Shown: positions 1-9,592, counted from the stretch's first letter. The stretch: 32,000 nucleotides of DNA from Candidatus Saccharimonadota bacterium (GCA_023898425.1 CP060222.1:420001-452000), one strand, 5' to 3'. Program-made: numbers and translations. Notes: generated by a model from the sequence alone, not told the origin.

Positions 1-907
1 TGATACGACCTTTGAGCGGTGTCCATTTTGAGTGGATGATACCAAGCGCCGCATAACAATCAGCGAGCGAATCTACGATGACTCGTACAGCGATAAGATC
101 ATAAATACGGGCAATGTTTCGATCGTTTTGTAAGAGTTTGCGGTATAGCGAGTAAAGATGTTTTGCGCGACCTTGGACATTTACGTCAACGCCTGATTCT
201 TCTAAGAGTGAACGTGTTTCTTCTATAACATGATCTAGATATTCTTTCTTTTCTTCACGTCCTGTTTTAGAAAGATTTTTTACCCACTCGTATTCTTTTG
301 GTAAAACATAGCGAAATGATGCGTCTTCTAGACGTCCCTTCATATCACCCATACCTAGACGGTTGGCGATAGGTGCAAAGATTTCTAGTGACTCAAGAGC
401 AATACGATATTGTTTTTTTGGTGGAATGTGATCGAGGGTTTCAAGATTATGAAGACGATCGGCAAACTTAATAAAAACTACACGCACATCAGCAGCCATA
501 GTCAAAAACATTTTGCGTAAGTTTTCGATATAGCGCTCAATTCCACGGTATTTAATTTTTCCTAATTTGGTGATTCCGCCAACCATATTGCCAACGTCTT
601 CGCCAAATTCATTTGTGACGTCTTCGATCGTCTTTTCTGTATCTTCTGGAACGTCATGCAAGATGCCAGCCATTACGATAGGCGCTGGCATATGCATCTC
701 TGCTAAGTAAAAAGCGGTTGCAAGAGGGTGGATGATATAGGGCTCACCTGAGGCACGCTTTTGTCCTTCGTGAGCTTCTTTTGCAAACGTATAGGCATGC
801 TCGATAATAGAGCGGTCGGCTTTTTTATCGTATTGGCAGACCAAATCACATAACCCCTCAATGGTTTGTTGGGTTTTTGCGGTATTTGAGGGGGTTGTGT
901 TTGGCAT
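1..907 (-). CDS. rel: RelA/SpoT-family (p)ppGpp synthetase/hydrolase, N-terminal part (gene continues past the left edge)
   Basis: Absent from the ORF track because there is no stop in the window. My minus-strand translation from the ATG (complement of 905-907) gives MPNTTPSNTAKTQQ...HPLATAFYLAEMHMPAPIVMAGILHDVPEDT (HD hydrolase motif), FIKFADRLHNLETL, and GRAKHLYSLYRKL (start of the synthetase domain). Confidence 0.85.
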   Translation of the reverse strand, partial: MPNTTPSNTAKTQQTIEGLCDLVCQYDKKADRSIIEHAYTFAKEAHEGQKRASGEPYIIHPLATAFYLAEMHMPAPIVMAGILHDVPEDTEKTIEDVTNEFGEDVGNMVGGITKLGKIKYRGIERYIENLRKMFLTMAADVRVVFIKFADRLHNLETLDHIPPKKQYRIALESLEIFAPIANRLGMGDMKGRLEDASFRYVLPKEYEWVKNLSKTGREEKKEYLDHVIEETRSLLEESGVDVNVQGRAKHLYSLYRKLLQNDRNIARIYDLIAVRVIVDSLADCYAALGIIHSKWTPLKGRI

Positions 908-919
908 AGGGTAGACCTC

Positions 920-928
920 TGTTATAAT
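920..928 (+). promoter_or_regulatory. Extended -10 element TGTTATAAT upstream of 972..1886
   Basis: Exact TGnTATAAT match in the rel/972 divergent intergenic region. It lies about 43 nt upstream of the ATG, and a GAGGGGG purine run sits 15 nt before the start. Confidence 0.4.
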
Positions 929-971
929 CAACCTTTGCGAGTTTGTGAAGAGGGGGTAAACTGTCACCCAT

Positions 972-1886
972 ATGTCGAACCTTCCAGGAGCAGCAATAAA
1001 TATTCCTACAGCAGCTGTAGAAACCGGTACAAATACCGAATCTAGCTCTTCGGGCATTGAAAAAAGTGTTGAAGCAGCCATTTCTAATGGTAATGCGCCA
1101 GCGTTAGTCCAAGCCGGAACACAACTTACACAAGCGACCACGCAAACAATCCAAGCCATTGCTACCGCTGACCCAAATGAAGCAAATTTGCCAGAACAGG
1201 GGGTTATTGGCGCTATTGCTACTCAAGCAAACGGTTTAGCGCAAGAAGCTCATAGAGCCTATGTAAACAGCATAAATGAGATTCTTCAGTCACAGGTAGA
1301 AGAGGCGCAAGCTCCATTAGCCGAAACAGTGATGGAAGAACCGATTACTCCCGTTGCAGAAGTCATGCCTGGATTTGAACCAAGACCAGCGCCAACTAGT
1401 GATGTACCATCAGCTGCAGAACCGGCCGCTCCTGAAAAAACAGAAATAATTAAACCTCCATCCGTAGAGGTACAGTTTGTTGCCATTGCTGCGCAAGTAT
1501 ATCTCGATGAAAGAGTAGAAACAGAAAAAATCCTAACAGCAAGTCAATCAAATTACGAAGGTCACTCTATTCGTACAGCTGTTCCGTATTATGAAGCCGT
1601 TTTAGCGCAAGATCCTTCAGATCAACAGTGGAAGGCATTTGTCGCAGCACTTAAACTCGAATCAACGTTTTATGAGACAAAGTTACAACGAGCAAATGTA
1701 GCTCTAGAAATTAATGAGCTTCAAAACCAGATAGAGGACAATCGTAAGCACAATATTTTACCTACAGCAGAACAAGCGGAGAACTTAAAGCACTTACAGC
1801 AGCAATTTGAGCAATTAAATAAAGAGGTGTCTCATTTAGAACAAGAAAAGACACACGCTGAAGAACAATATCAATCAACACAATAA
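972..1886 (+). CDS. Hypothetical protein: low-complexity Ala/Thr/Gln-rich N-half, Pro/Glu-rich linker, coiled-coil-like C-terminus
   Basis: 304-aa track ORF with no signal peptide or TM segment. The C-terminus LQRANVALEINELQNQIEDNRKH...LQQQFEQLNKEVSHLEQEKTHAEEQ looks heptad-like. I recognise no family. Confidence 0.6.
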   Translation: MSNLPGAAINIPTAAVETGTNTESSSSGIEKSVEAAISNGNAPALVQAGTQLTQATTQTIQAIATADPNEANLPEQGVIGAIATQANGLAQEAHRAYVNSINEILQSQVEEAQAPLAETVMEEPITPVAEVMPGFEPRPAPTSDVPSAAEPAAPEKTEIIKPPSVEVQFVAIAAQVYLDERVETEKILTASQSNYEGHSIRTAVPYYEAVLAQDPSDQQWKAFVAALKLESTFYETKLQRANVALEINELQNQIEDNRKHNILPTAEQAENLKHLQQQFEQLNKEVSHLEQEKTHAEEQYQSTQ

Positions 1887-1908
1887 CCCCGCTAGGGGTT
1901 ATTTTTTT
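1885..1908 (+). terminator. Rho-independent terminator between convergent genes
   Basis: Hairpin AACCCC-GCTA-GGGGTT followed by ATTTTTTT, starting at the TAA stop of 972..1886. The T-run overlaps the last topA codons on the other strand. Confidence 0.5.
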
Positions 1909-4466
1909 GAACGTGTTTTCTTTGCAGGCGCTTTATTTGCAATAAGCTCTAGTGCTTGCTCGAGAGTAATAGCACCTTCACCAAGCTCTTTTGGAATGGT
2001 TGCATTAATGGTTCCTTTTTTTACGTAGCGACCATATTTGCCATCATGCAAAGTAATGACTTTGCCGTCTGCTGGGTCTTTGCCGATTTCGGTACCTGCC
2101 GCTGCGCGTTTACCCCGACCAAATTTTGGTTGTGCCAACATCTCGAGGGCTCTATCAAGTCCAATCGTAAGTACATCATCAGGTTCTTTGATACTACGGA
2201 AATCTCCATCATGGACAACATAAGCGCCAAAACGTCCAAGACCTGCGCGGATTTCTTTTTTCGTTTCAGGATGTTCTCCGAGAAGCCGTGGTAAAGAGAG
2301 GATGGAAAGCGCTTGTTCACGATCGAGCGTTTCAAGAGCAACACCCTTTGGGATACTTACGCGCTTAGGTTTGATGACTTTTGTTTTCTTGTCTTTCTTG
2401 TCTACTTCGGGTGCATCTTCGCCGAGTTGAAGGTATGGACCGTAGGAACCGGTGCGAAGATAGATTTGTAATCCTGAATCAGGATCTTGGCCAAGCGTTG
2501 TCGGTCCTTTTTGTGATTCTTTGATGAGCTCGTCCAACGATTCAGTTGTTGCATCCCCTGGACCCATATTAGGTGGTAGGGATGCTTTTACGAGCGCACC
2601 TGTATTTGGAAGCGTTTTTTCAACATATGGTCCAAACTTACCTACGCGAACTGTATAGCCTTCGGCATGCGGGATATCTACGGTTTTGGCTGTCTCAGGA
2701 TCAATGTGTTCGAGTTCAGTAGCTAAACGTGTCTTTAAACCATGCTCGCCTAAAAAGAAATTTTCAAGATAAGGAAGATAATCAAGCTTACCTTCTGCGA
2801 TTTGATCAAGCTTACCTTCCATTTGCGAAGTAAAGTGCACATCGACAAGATCTGAAAGATGACGTTCGAGCACCTGTGTCACAGCAAAAGCGGTAAACGT
2901 TGGTACAAGCGCATTTGCTGCTTTGTGAACGTAACCACGATCAGTGAGTGTGCTAATAACAGAAGCATAGGTACTTGGACGACCAATACCTTCTTTTTCC
3001 ATAAACTGAACAAGTGACGCTTCCGTAAAGCGCGCTGGTGGTTTTGTTTCGTGTGATTCTGCCTTTGCTGATTCACATGCAGGCTGATCACCAACATGAA
3101 GATCCGGCAAAGGATGTTCACGTTCAACGAGAGCTTGCTCAATGTCATCCGCGCCTTCTACATAAGCACGCAAAAATCCAGGAAAGACAATGCGCGTACC
3201 ATTTGCTTGATAGATGTTTTTATCAGCTTCTAGCTTAACGGCCATTTGTTGTTGTTCGGCGTCACGCATTTGAGAGGCGATGGTTCGCATCCAAATGAGT
3301 TCATACACATCATGCTCAGCGCCTTTTAGACCAGTTTCACCCGGAACGGTAAATGATAAAGAAGGACGAATCGCTTCGTGAGCTTCTTGAGCACCTGCTT
3401 GAGCTTTTTCTTGGCGAACGTGCTCGTTAACGTACTCTGCGCCATAGCGACTTGCTACGAGGCCCTTGATTGCGGTCTGCGCATCCGTAGAGAGATTTGT
3501 GCTATCAGTACGCATGTAAGTGATGAAACCGTTTTCATAGAGCTTCTGAGCAGCTCTCATCGCATCCCGTGAAGAAAGTTTTAGCTTACGGTTTGCTTCT
3601 TGTTGCAATGTAGAAGTCGTAAACGGCGCTGGCGCTTTACGTTTTACGTCTTTTGTTTGGACGTCGGTAATAGTCCACTTAGCTTTTGGCGCAGTATCTT
3701 TTAAAGTGTTTGCTTCTGCTTCGGTAAGTAAATGCGCTTTGTCATTTTTTAAGAGACCAGAATCCGCATCAAAATCTTTTGATTGCGCGATGGTCTTGCC
3801 GTTATATTCAATAAGACGAGCATCAAAAACTTCGTGCTTATTTAACGTCGCCGTCACATCCCAATATTGGGCGGACTTAAATTTCATGCGCTCACGCTCA
3901 CGATCAACAATCGCTTTAAGAGCTGCCGATTGTACGCGTCCAGCAGAAAGACCATAGGCGATTTTCTTCCATAAGACAGGGGATACACTATAACCAACAA
4001 GACGATCTAAAATGCGACGTGTTTCTTGAGCGCGGACAAGTCTTTCGTCGAGCTCACGAGGATTCTCGAGAGCTTTTTTGATAGCGCCTGCCGTAATTTC
4101 ATGAAACACCATGCGGTATACCGGCACGGTTGGTTTGAGGATCTGTAAAAGATGCCAGCTAATGCTTTCTCCTTCGCGGTCTTCATCAGATGCCAAATAA
4201 AGCGCATCAGCGTCTTTTAATAATGTCTTTAATTCTTTTACGACTTTTGTTTTGTCTTTTGAGATGACGTAAATTGGCTCAAAGTTGTGAGCGACGTCTA
4301 CACCTAATTGACCTGCTTCAGTTTTCTTCCATTTTGCAGGGACTTCGTCAGATGAAGAAGGGAGATCGCGAACATGCCCCATGGAGGCAACTACCTTATA
4401 TTCACTGCCGAGAAATTTACGGATGGTCTTGGCTTTTGTCGGAGACTCAACAATAACGAGCTTCAT
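1899..4466 (-). CDS. topA: DNA topoisomerase I
   Basis: The track ORF is 1899..4523, but the likely start is the internal ATG at 4464-4466, giving MKLVIVESPTKAKTIRKFLG (Toprim N-terminus). Other motifs: DEDREGE, YITYMRTDS (active-site Tyr region), GRPSTYA. The C-terminus has four GxxGxY repeats (GKFGPYV, GSYGPYL, GRFGAYV, GKYGRYV) and a Lys-rich tail in place of Cys4 zinc ribbons. Confidence 0.95.
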   Translation of the reverse strand: MKLVIVESPTKAKTIRKFLGSEYKVVASMGHVRDLPSSSDEVPAKWKKTEAGQLGVDVAHNFEPIYVISKDKTKVVKELKTLLKDADALYLASDEDREGESISWHLLQILKPTVPVYRMVFHEITAGAIKKALENPRELDERLVRAQETRRILDRLVGYSVSPVLWKKIAYGLSAGRVQSAALKAIVDRERERMKFKSAQYWDVTATLNKHEVFDARLIEYNGKTIAQSKDFDADSGLLKNDKAHLLTEAEANTLKDTAPKAKWTITDVQTKDVKRKAPAPFTTSTLQQEANRKLKLSSRDAMRAAQKLYENGFITYMRTDSTNLSTDAQTAIKGLVASRYGAEYVNEHVRQEKAQAGAQEAHEAIRPSLSFTVPGETGLKGAEHDVYELIWMRTIASQMRDAEQQQMAVKLEADKNIYQANGTRIVFPGFLRAYVEGADDIEQALVEREHPLPDLHVGDQPACESAKAESHETKPPARFTEASLVQFMEKEGIGRPSTYASVISTLTDRGYVHKAANALVPTFTAFAVTQVLERHLSDLVDVHFTSQMEGKLDQIAEGKLDYLPYLENFFLGEHGLKTRLATELEHIDPETAKTVDIPHAEGYTVRVGKFGPYVEKTLPNTGALVKASLPPNMGPGDATTESLDELIKESQKGPTTLGQDPDSGLQIYLRTGSYGPYLQLGEDAPEVDKKDKKTKVIKPKRVSIPKGVALETLDREQALSILSLPRLLGEHPETKKEIRAGLGRFGAYVVHDGDFRSIKEPDDVLTIGLDRALEMLAQPKFGRGKRAAAGTEIGKDPADGKVITLHDGKYGRYVKKGTINATIPKELGEGAITLEQALELIANKAPAKKTRSKK

Positions 4467-4489
4467 AATGTCGATGTTTATAACGTAGT

Positions 4490-5594
4490 CTAGCGTTTTG
4501 AGCAACCAAGCGTCCGATGCCATAGACCATGCTCTTGGCGAATATAGCCTTTTAATTCAAGCAAACTAAGCCCTGCTAATACCTGTGGAGAAAGTCTACC
4601 GGTTGCTAAACAGAGGGCGTCTATGTCCATTGGTGAGTCTAATAGAATATAGAGACTTTGTTCTTCTGGTGTTAAGGGTAATTGCTCTCTCATTTGCTGA
4701 GCGAGAGCAGGCCTATCAAGCGATAAAGCGTCTAAAATATCTTGGGATGATTCGCAAAGGCGCGCGCCCATTTTAATAATTTGATGACACCCATGAGACG
4801 ATTCGCTCCAGATTGCCCCAGGAACAGCCAAAACCTCTCGCCCCTGTTCTATGGCTAACCGAGCGGTAATTAACGAGCCACTGTCAGCTCCTGCCTCAAT
4901 GACAACGGTTGCAAGGCTAATACCTGCGATAAGTCTATTGCGTTGTGGAAAATGTTCTTTGCGTGACGGTGTCCCAGGAGGGTATTCGCTGATGATCGCA
5001 CCTCCTTGTTCTAAAATGTTCTGCGCGAGTCGATAATGCTCTTTTGGATAGATACTTTCATCATCAACGCCGGTGCCTAGGATCGCGATAGTTGGCATTT
5101 GAATATCAAGAGCTCGTTGATGCGCTAAGCCATCAATCCCAAGCGCTAATCCAGAGCAGAGTGTTAGTCCGTAATGTGCTATTGGGTCTAGTAAATGTTC
5201 GATGACGCGTTTTCCATAAGTGGTATTTCTTCTTGACCCGACAAATGCAATCGTTGGAAAAGCGGGGATAGTGCCACGCACAAATAAGCACTCAGGAGGA
5301 TTCTCAATAGTTAATAATTCTTGTGGATATGTTGGATCACCCCGTAAAATTTGTTGTATGCCAAGACGGGTTGTTTTTTTGGAGATGTTCGAGAAAAATC
5401 CCATCACGACGCCATTCACAATAACGTTTTGCCAATGCTAAAGGCCAGCCAAAATCAGCAATAAGTTCACTTTGGCTCACATGCTCGATATCACGAATAC
5501 CGTGAAGTTGTTCACGCAATTGTCTTAACCGATGACCCGTTAAGCCAGGAATATGCGCTACAGCGCGAATGTAGGTAGAAAAATCATTTTGCAC
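4490..5594 (-). CDS. dprA: DNA processing protein DprA/Smf, read in two frames (apparent frameshift)
   Basis: Track ORF 4490..5419 carries the DprA core (FVGSRRNTTYG, SGLALGIDGLAHQRAL, FPQRNRLIAG). Track ORF 5337..5594 encodes the N-terminal helical domain (IPGLTGHRLRQLREQL...). The frames meet at the T7 run 5374-5380; one extra base there would give ...EHLQKKTTRLGIQQILRGDPTYP. Confidence 0.85.
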
Positions 5595-6165
5595 CTAATA
5601 CTCCGTTCCACGAAGTCGATGCTTGTGTCAAGCCGTCTTTTACCCAAGAATCTAGCGCTTCTAAAAATGTATCAGCTTGTTTGTTTAGAATTTCTTCCTC
5701 TTCTTTTGTAAAACGCTGTAATACATAATCTTCCGTCTTCATATGCGCTGGTGGACGACTTACGCCAATACGAAAACGAGCAATTTCTTTTGTGCCAAGT
5801 GACTGTTGAATTGACGAAATACCGTTATGACCAGCCGCGCTCCCTTGTGCGGTAAATTTTGCTTTTCCAATAGCAAGATCTAACTCGTCTTGCAAAATAA
5901 GTACTTGGTCAGGAGAAATCTTATAAAATGACATGATGGCTTGTACGGCTTGCCCTGACAAGTTCATAAACGTGGTCGGAAAAGCACAAAAAACACGCTC
6001 TGAGCCAATACGAAAACCCGTTAATTGAGCTTTAAGAGCGCGATTTTTTTAAAAATCGTCAGCGTTATGATGTTCGGCAAAGGCTTGAAGCAATTCCCAA
6101 CCAATATTATGGCGGGTTTTGTCATATTCTTTGCCAGGATTACCCAAGCCAACGATAAGTTTCAT
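5584..6165 (-). CDS. pth: Peptidyl-tRNA hydrolase interrupted by an in-frame TAA
   Basis: Minus-strand translation from the ATG at 6163-6165 gives [73 protein letters not shown]... in the same frame as track ORF 5584..5967 (GHNGISSI motif). The stop codon is at 6049-6051, at a T7/A5 homopolymer boundary. Confidence 0.85.
6077..6162. repeat. Copy A of an imperfect ~90-bp direct repeat (the true pth 5' end)
   Basis: GCAAAGGCTTGAAGCAATTCCC..CAATATTATGGCGGGTTTTG.TCATATTCTTTGCC...CCAACGATAAGTTT recurs at 6378-6470. Identity by eye is roughly 80%. Confidence 0.8.
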
Positions 6166-6195
6166 AGTTATTTCTATGCATGATATCATTTTCTT

Positions 6196-6378
6196 ATGAG
6201 TAAAGAAACTGGAGTATTTACAAAATTAAAACACGCTTTTCTTAATGGGCCAATACGTTTGAACGTGCCGTTACTTTCAGCATTGGTATTGTTTATAATT
6301 CATTGGCGTTTTTGTTCCTTATTTATTACACCTTTAAATCATTGTCGTCAACAAAATAAGTTGGAAGATATTTTTTAG
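6196..6378 (+). CDS. Possible small single-TM peptide (60 aa) inside the AT-rich insert between the repeat copies
   Basis: Track [52 protein letters not shown]... with one hydrophobic segment. It is antisense to the der-pth operon, I recognise no homology, and it could be non-coding. Confidence 0.25.
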   Translation: MSKETGVFTKLKHAFLNGPIRLNVPLLSALVLFIIHWRFCSLFITPLNHCRQQNKLEDIF

Positions 6379-6470
6379 CAAAGGCTTGAAGCAATTCCCG
6401 GCGCAATATTATGGCGGGTTTTGCATCATATTCTTTGCCGTTAATATTTTGAAAGGCCAACGATAAGTTT
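6378..6470. repeat. Copy B of the imperfect direct repeat (a degenerate pth 5' end now forming the der 3' end)
   Basis: Aligns to 6077-6162. The last der codons, ...RKLIVGLSKY*, mirror pth residues 2-7 (KLIVGL). Confidence 0.8.
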
Positions 6471-7979
6471 ACGCAGCTTATCACTGCGTAGTTTTTTAGA
6501 AGTGCGTGCGGCCTTTTTGTGGCGACGCATGGTTTGATTCACGAGTTTTGGTTTGTGACGAACGACACCAGCCACTGCTTCCATACCAGGACCAAACATA
6601 TTACCTGGTTTTTCTGATTTAGAGACAGGGAGATGTTGGACTTTTACGACAATTGGCGTACCGATAAAGCCAAACTTTTCACGAATACGTTTTTCAAAGA
6701 ATTTAAGCCAGTTTGGATGCAAGTTGTCTTTTTCACCGTGCACTGTAACCATGAACGTTGGTGGTGCGTGTTTTGTCTGTGCGACATCAAAGACGCGTGG
6801 AGACTTTGGACCATAGCTCGCCAAAGGACGCATACGTTGAATCGTTTTCTTTAAGAGTTTGTTTGCCGCGTTATAATCGATATGACGCATGCGCTCATCT
6901 TGAACCTCTAAGGCAAGATCAATGAGTTTGGCACTACGTAAGTTTTCTTTTGCACTTACAAAAATCATTGGTGCCCAGCTTAAGAACGGAAAGAGCTGTC
7001 TGATGAGCACTTCATATTCTTTGGCGGTATTTGTTTCTTTGTTTTCTACCAAATCCCATTTGTTGGCTACGAGAATCAAGCCTTTATTTGATTCTTCAAG
7101 CATCCCTGCAAGATGACGGTCCCATGATGTTGGATCTTGCGTTGCGTCAAAGACAAGCATGGCAACATCCGAGCGCTTAACAGCATCGCGGTTACGTTCG
7201 AGACTTTCTTCTTCGATGCCTTTTGTAACGCTAGAGCGTTTACGCATACCTGCCGTATCAACAAGCACAATGTCACGATCTTGGTATTTTAAGAGCGTAT
7301 CTTGTGGCTCGCGTGTTGTATGAGCGATGGGGGACGTGATAACGCGCTCTTCACCAAGAATACTATTGATAAGTGATGATTTACCAACGTTTGGACGACC
7401 AACAAACGTCAAACGCAATGGAAGCATGTCATGCTTCATCACTGGAGGCTTACCGGCTTTGTCGAGTGTCAAAAAGATATTATCAAGTAAATCTCCAATA
7501 CCAAGACTCGTTGAGGCACTCACCATGTGAGGATCACCCAAGCCAAGACGAAGAACATCACGTGAATAGGCGCTGCCTGTATCACGGATCGTATCAACTT
7601 TATTCGCAAGAAGTTTAACGGGCTTATTAGAAAGTTTAATTTCTTCTGCAAGTTCTAAATCTTGCGGAAGAATGCCGGTTTTCGAATCAAAGACAAAAAG
7701 AATAAGGTCAGCTTCTTTGATGGCAAGTCTCGCCTGATGAAGGATGCCTTCACCAATGGAGTCATGCTCCGTGTCCATACCACCTGTATCAATCAATTCA
7801 AAAGCTGCACCTTGCCATAAGACGATGCCATAATTGCGATCACGTGTTGTGTGTGACTCTGCGCTCACAATCGCTTTACCTGATTCGGTGAGGCGATTCC
7901 AGAGGGATGATTTACCGACATTGGTTCTGCCAATGAGAGCAACCTTGGGATAATCAAGGGTTTGTCGTTGTACTGACAT
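6441..7979 (-). CDS. der: Ribosome-associated GTPase Der/EngA (double GTPase domains)
   Basis: Two G-domains: GRTNVGKSS/DTGG/NKVD and GRPNVGKSS/DTAG/NKWD, then a KH-like region and a basic C-terminal tail (RRHKKAARTSKKLRSDKLRK). Confidence 0.95.
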   Translation of the reverse strand: MSVQRQTLDYPKVALIGRTNVGKSSLWNRLTESGKAIVSAESHTTRDRNYGIVLWQGAAFELIDTGGMDTEHDSIGEGILHQARLAIKEADLILFVFDSKTGILPQDLELAEEIKLSNKPVKLLANKVDTIRDTGSAYSRDVLRLGLGDPHMVSASTSLGIGDLLDNIFLTLDKAGKPPVMKHDMLPLRLTFVGRPNVGKSSLINSILGEERVITSPIAHTTREPQDTLLKYQDRDIVLVDTAGMRKRSSVTKGIEEESLERNRDAVKRSDVAMLVFDATQDPTSWDRHLAGMLEESNKGLILVANKWDLVENKETNTAKEYEVLIRQLFPFLSWAPMIFVSAKENLRSAKLIDLALEVQDERMRHIDYNAANKLLKKTIQRMRPLASYGPKSPRVFDVAQTKHAPPTFMVTVHGEKDNLHPNWLKFFEKRIREKFGFIGTPIVVKVQHLPVSKSEKPGNMFGPGMEAVAGVVRHKPKLVNQTMRRHKKAARTSKKLRSDKLRKLIVGLSKY

Positions 7980-9447
7980 AGTTGGTGGCTTGGGTAGGTT
8001 GCATGAGCGAATAGGATGATTCGCCTAAAATAACGAGAAAATCGGTATCGGTGGAGGCAATTGTCTCGATCGTATTGGCTTGTGCAAAAACACTACGCAA
8101 TTGGGGGTTTTGGGGTGATGTCGTAGCCGCTGTGAGTGATACATCAGCGTTTAAAAACTCCTTTAATTTGACGAGCTCTTGTACTTTACTACCATTCGTT
8201 AAGTCAAATATCACAGTTCTCTCATATTGTCGAGAGCTTGCATTGCCAATGGACTCTGCTGAATACCCCTCTAAACCGAGGCGATTGGCGATCTGAAATG
8301 CCATACCGGTCTTAAAGGTACCGTTTTTTACCTCAACCTTAGGGATGTCTGCCACTGGAGTGTGGATGTCGTCATTAAAGGGGTTTTGCGCGAGTGACTT
8401 GATGCGAGTCCAGTCACCACCCTTCGGAAAGAGTAAAAAGCTACCATTGATATTAGCTGGTACAAGCTCACCGTCTGGTGCGTCTGTGAGTACATGTTGT
8501 TGAATCTCGTCCTTATTAATGTCGGTTGCGATAGGAGCGAGGTTGAATGCCTCCCAAGGACTCATGTCTGATTGTAGGTGGTTTGAAACTACTTGGTAGA
8601 GCTTAGCAAGCTTGGTGGGGTCGGCGAGTGTATTTAAAGAGAGGAGTTTTTCACGAATCGCCACGATGACGAGTTGCTGTCTTTTAGCGCGAGCAAAATC
8701 TGAGCCTTCTCCATTTGAGCCATGACGAGAACGCGCATATTGAAGTGCTGTTTCACCGTCCATCGTTTGTACGCCTTTCTTAAAGCTGATGGTTTGGTAC
8801 TTATCGTCTGCAGCAGGGTAGGAAGTATCCGTAAAGGAGCGTTCAACATCAATAGTGACACCGCCAAGCGCATCAACAAGTTTTGCAAAACCGTTAAAAT
8901 CAACACGGACAACATGATCAATACTGATACCAAAAAAATCTGAGAAGATTTTAGCTGTTCTTACTGCACCTTCTCCTGGATGATCGCGTTCTTCCCATGC
9001 GTGAACAGCATTTATTTTTTCATAACCACCACGACCATTTGGAAATGCCGTATCACGAGGAATCGAAAGCATGTTTACTCGGTGGTCTTTTGTATTGATA
9101 GAAGCAATGATAATGGTATCTGTCAGGTTCGCTCCATCATGACCTGCGCCACCGATACCGAGTAACAATACGGTTAAGATATCAGGATTTTTATCCTCGC
9201 CAGATAATGCGATGCCGGCGATAGCGGGTAATTCGTCACCAAAGACAAATTTACGTGCATCACGAATACCAGGTAAACGAATAAACTCTGCAAAAACGCT
9301 AGTGCCGTGTTGTACGGAACGATAAGAGGCTGCAGCACCAGCAAAGGCTATGCCACCAACGATAAACGTAAAGAGTGCTGCAAAAATGACGGTTTTACGT
9401 CGGGCAAGCTTCTCTTGATCCGTATTTAAAAAATTCACTGACATCAT
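7954..9447 (-). CDS. LytR-CpsA-Psr (LCP) family cell-envelope phosphotransferase with LytR_C-like C-terminal domain
   Basis: N-terminal TM segment (VIFAALFTFIVGGIAFAGAAA) and LCP core LLLGIGGAGHDGANLTDTIIIASINTKDHRVNMLSIPRDT...RSRHGSNGEGSDFARAKRQQ. The start may be the second ATG at 9444. The 3' end overlaps the der start by 26 nt. Confidence 0.9.
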   Translation of the reverse strand: MMSVNFLNTDQEKLARRKTVIFAALFTFIVGGIAFAGAAASYRSVQHGTSVFAEFIRLPGIRDARKFVFGDELPAIAGIALSGEDKNPDILTVLLLGIGGAGHDGANLTDTIIIASINTKDHRVNMLSIPRDTAFPNGRGGYEKINAVHAWEERDHPGEGAVRTAKIFSDFFGISIDHVVRVDFNGFAKLVDALGGVTIDVERSFTDTSYPAADDKYQTISFKKGVQTMDGETALQYARSRHGSNGEGSDFARAKRQQLVIVAIREKLLSLNTLADPTKLAKLYQVVSNHLQSDMSPWEAFNLAPIATDINKDEIQQHVLTDAPDGELVPANINGSFLLFPKGGDWTRIKSLAQNPFNDDIHTPVADIPKVEVKNGTFKTGMAFQIANRLGLEGYSAESIGNASSRQYERTVIFDLTNGSKVQELVKLKEFLNADVSLTAATTSPQNPQLRSVFAQANTIETIASTDTDFLVILGESSYSLMQPTQATNYVSTTTNP

Positions 9448-9554
9448 GCGTAAAATACCGTTAAGAACAATCGGAGTGTATCAGAATACGGCTATCCACA
9501 CAATGCGTCAAACCTTTAAAATATTTGAAGTGCGCTTCGTTTATCCCCATGGCT

Positions 9555-9579
9555 TTGACCTTATATAATGTGGTATTAT
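9555..9579 (+). promoter_or_regulatory. Candidate promoter of the T4SS-like module (TTGACC ... TGGTATTAT extended -10)
   Basis: TTGACC at 9555-9560 and TGGTATTAT at 9571-9579, with the ATG at 9593. The 13-nt spacing between TTGACC and TATTAT is short, so the extended -10 is the main support. No Shine-Dalgarno sequence is visible. Confidence 0.35.
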
Positions 9580-9592
9580 AGAGAACGAAATT

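Noticed and set aside
1956-4456. Numerous 60-112-aa ORFs on both strands inside topA (e.g. 1956..2294, 2021..2344, 2879..3148, 3706..3957)
   Set aside because: They lie wholly within a full-length, motif-complete topoisomerase I gene, have no independent signals, and have odd composition. They are shadow ORFs.
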